A stretch of 63,183 nucleotides of DNA, the filler included. It is 6 parts of 6 records of this genome, joined end to end, with 100 filler letters (N's around TTAATTAATTAA, not from the genome) between each part and the next. Parts side by side here need not be neighbours in the genome. Positions count along the whole stretch, not along the records: positions 55,599 to 63,183 come from SRR2962707_801; 5 more parts are not named here. One strand, 5' to 3'. Shown one piece after another: positions 63,104 to 63,183 of the stretch (the stretch's first letter is position 1; every line of letters starts with the position of its first letter). Both the position numbers and the translations under genes were made by a program. The notes under the pieces are model-generated. The model did no database searches. It was given only the letters and a program-made list of their open reading frames with translations, and was not told the origin of the DNA.

Positions 63104-63183
63104 AATACATGACGCTAGCATGTATGAAGAACAAAGTTTACTCGATAATCGAGATTTAAATCCCTCATTGAGGGTTTTATTCC

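Noticed and set aside
63106-63126. Palindrome ATACATG-acgctag-CATGTAT (also a hairpin at 55602-55628)
   Set aside because: At contig edges with no context; function cannot be supported.
1-63183. CRISPR arrays, tRNA/rRNA genes, integrases or transposases
   Set aside because: None recognised by eye on either strand; a covariance-model scan was not run, so small RNAs could be missed.

Overview
This window is not one genome. It is six unrelated contigs joined by 100-nt N linkers carrying TTAATTAATTAA (stops in all frames) at 9831-9930, 20011-20110, 32439-32538, 44590-44689 and 55499-55598. Contig 1 (1-9830) is GC-rich alphaproteobacterial DNA (Rhizobiales/Devosia-like, by inference): ilvD 5' end, sorbosone dehydrogenase, MmcQ, an M16C PreP-like peptidase, an orphan TagO/VasI-like protein, a soluble PQQ glucose dehydrogenase fused to cytochrome c, VOC, RidA, YdeI and an alanine symporter 3' end. 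Contigs 2 (9931-20010) and 3 (20111-32438) are eukaryotic, with GT-AG introns. They hold a multi-exon UvrD/PcrA/Srs2-like helicase, an S9 glutamyl-endopeptidase-like gene, RPB2, and a >2400-aa Cys-rich protein with bacterial-looking modules. Contig 4 (32539-44589) is the conserved gammaproteobacterial rpsB-tsf-pyrH-frr-uppS-cdsA-dxr-rseP-bamA-skp-lpxD-fabZ cluster (Alcanivorax-like). Contig 5 (44690-55498; Marinobacter-like) has a TOPRIM (MksG/JetD-like) gene coupled directly to an MksB-like SMC ATPase in non-canonical order, head-to-head with a DUF4160/DUF2442 TA-like pair. It also has an MBL hydrolase, a heme-c chemoreceptor, yciO, bolA, topB and a response regulator. Contig 6 (55599-63183) is an AT-rich Flavobacteriaceae-like pectin/uronate locus (CE12-CE12, GH115, uxuA, rhaM, GH28). 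The best leads are the permuted TOPRIM-SMC module with its TA pair, the chimeric eukaryotic fibre/adhesin protein and the natural sGDH-cytochrome c fusion. All family and taxon calls come from motif recognition by eye; no searches were run.
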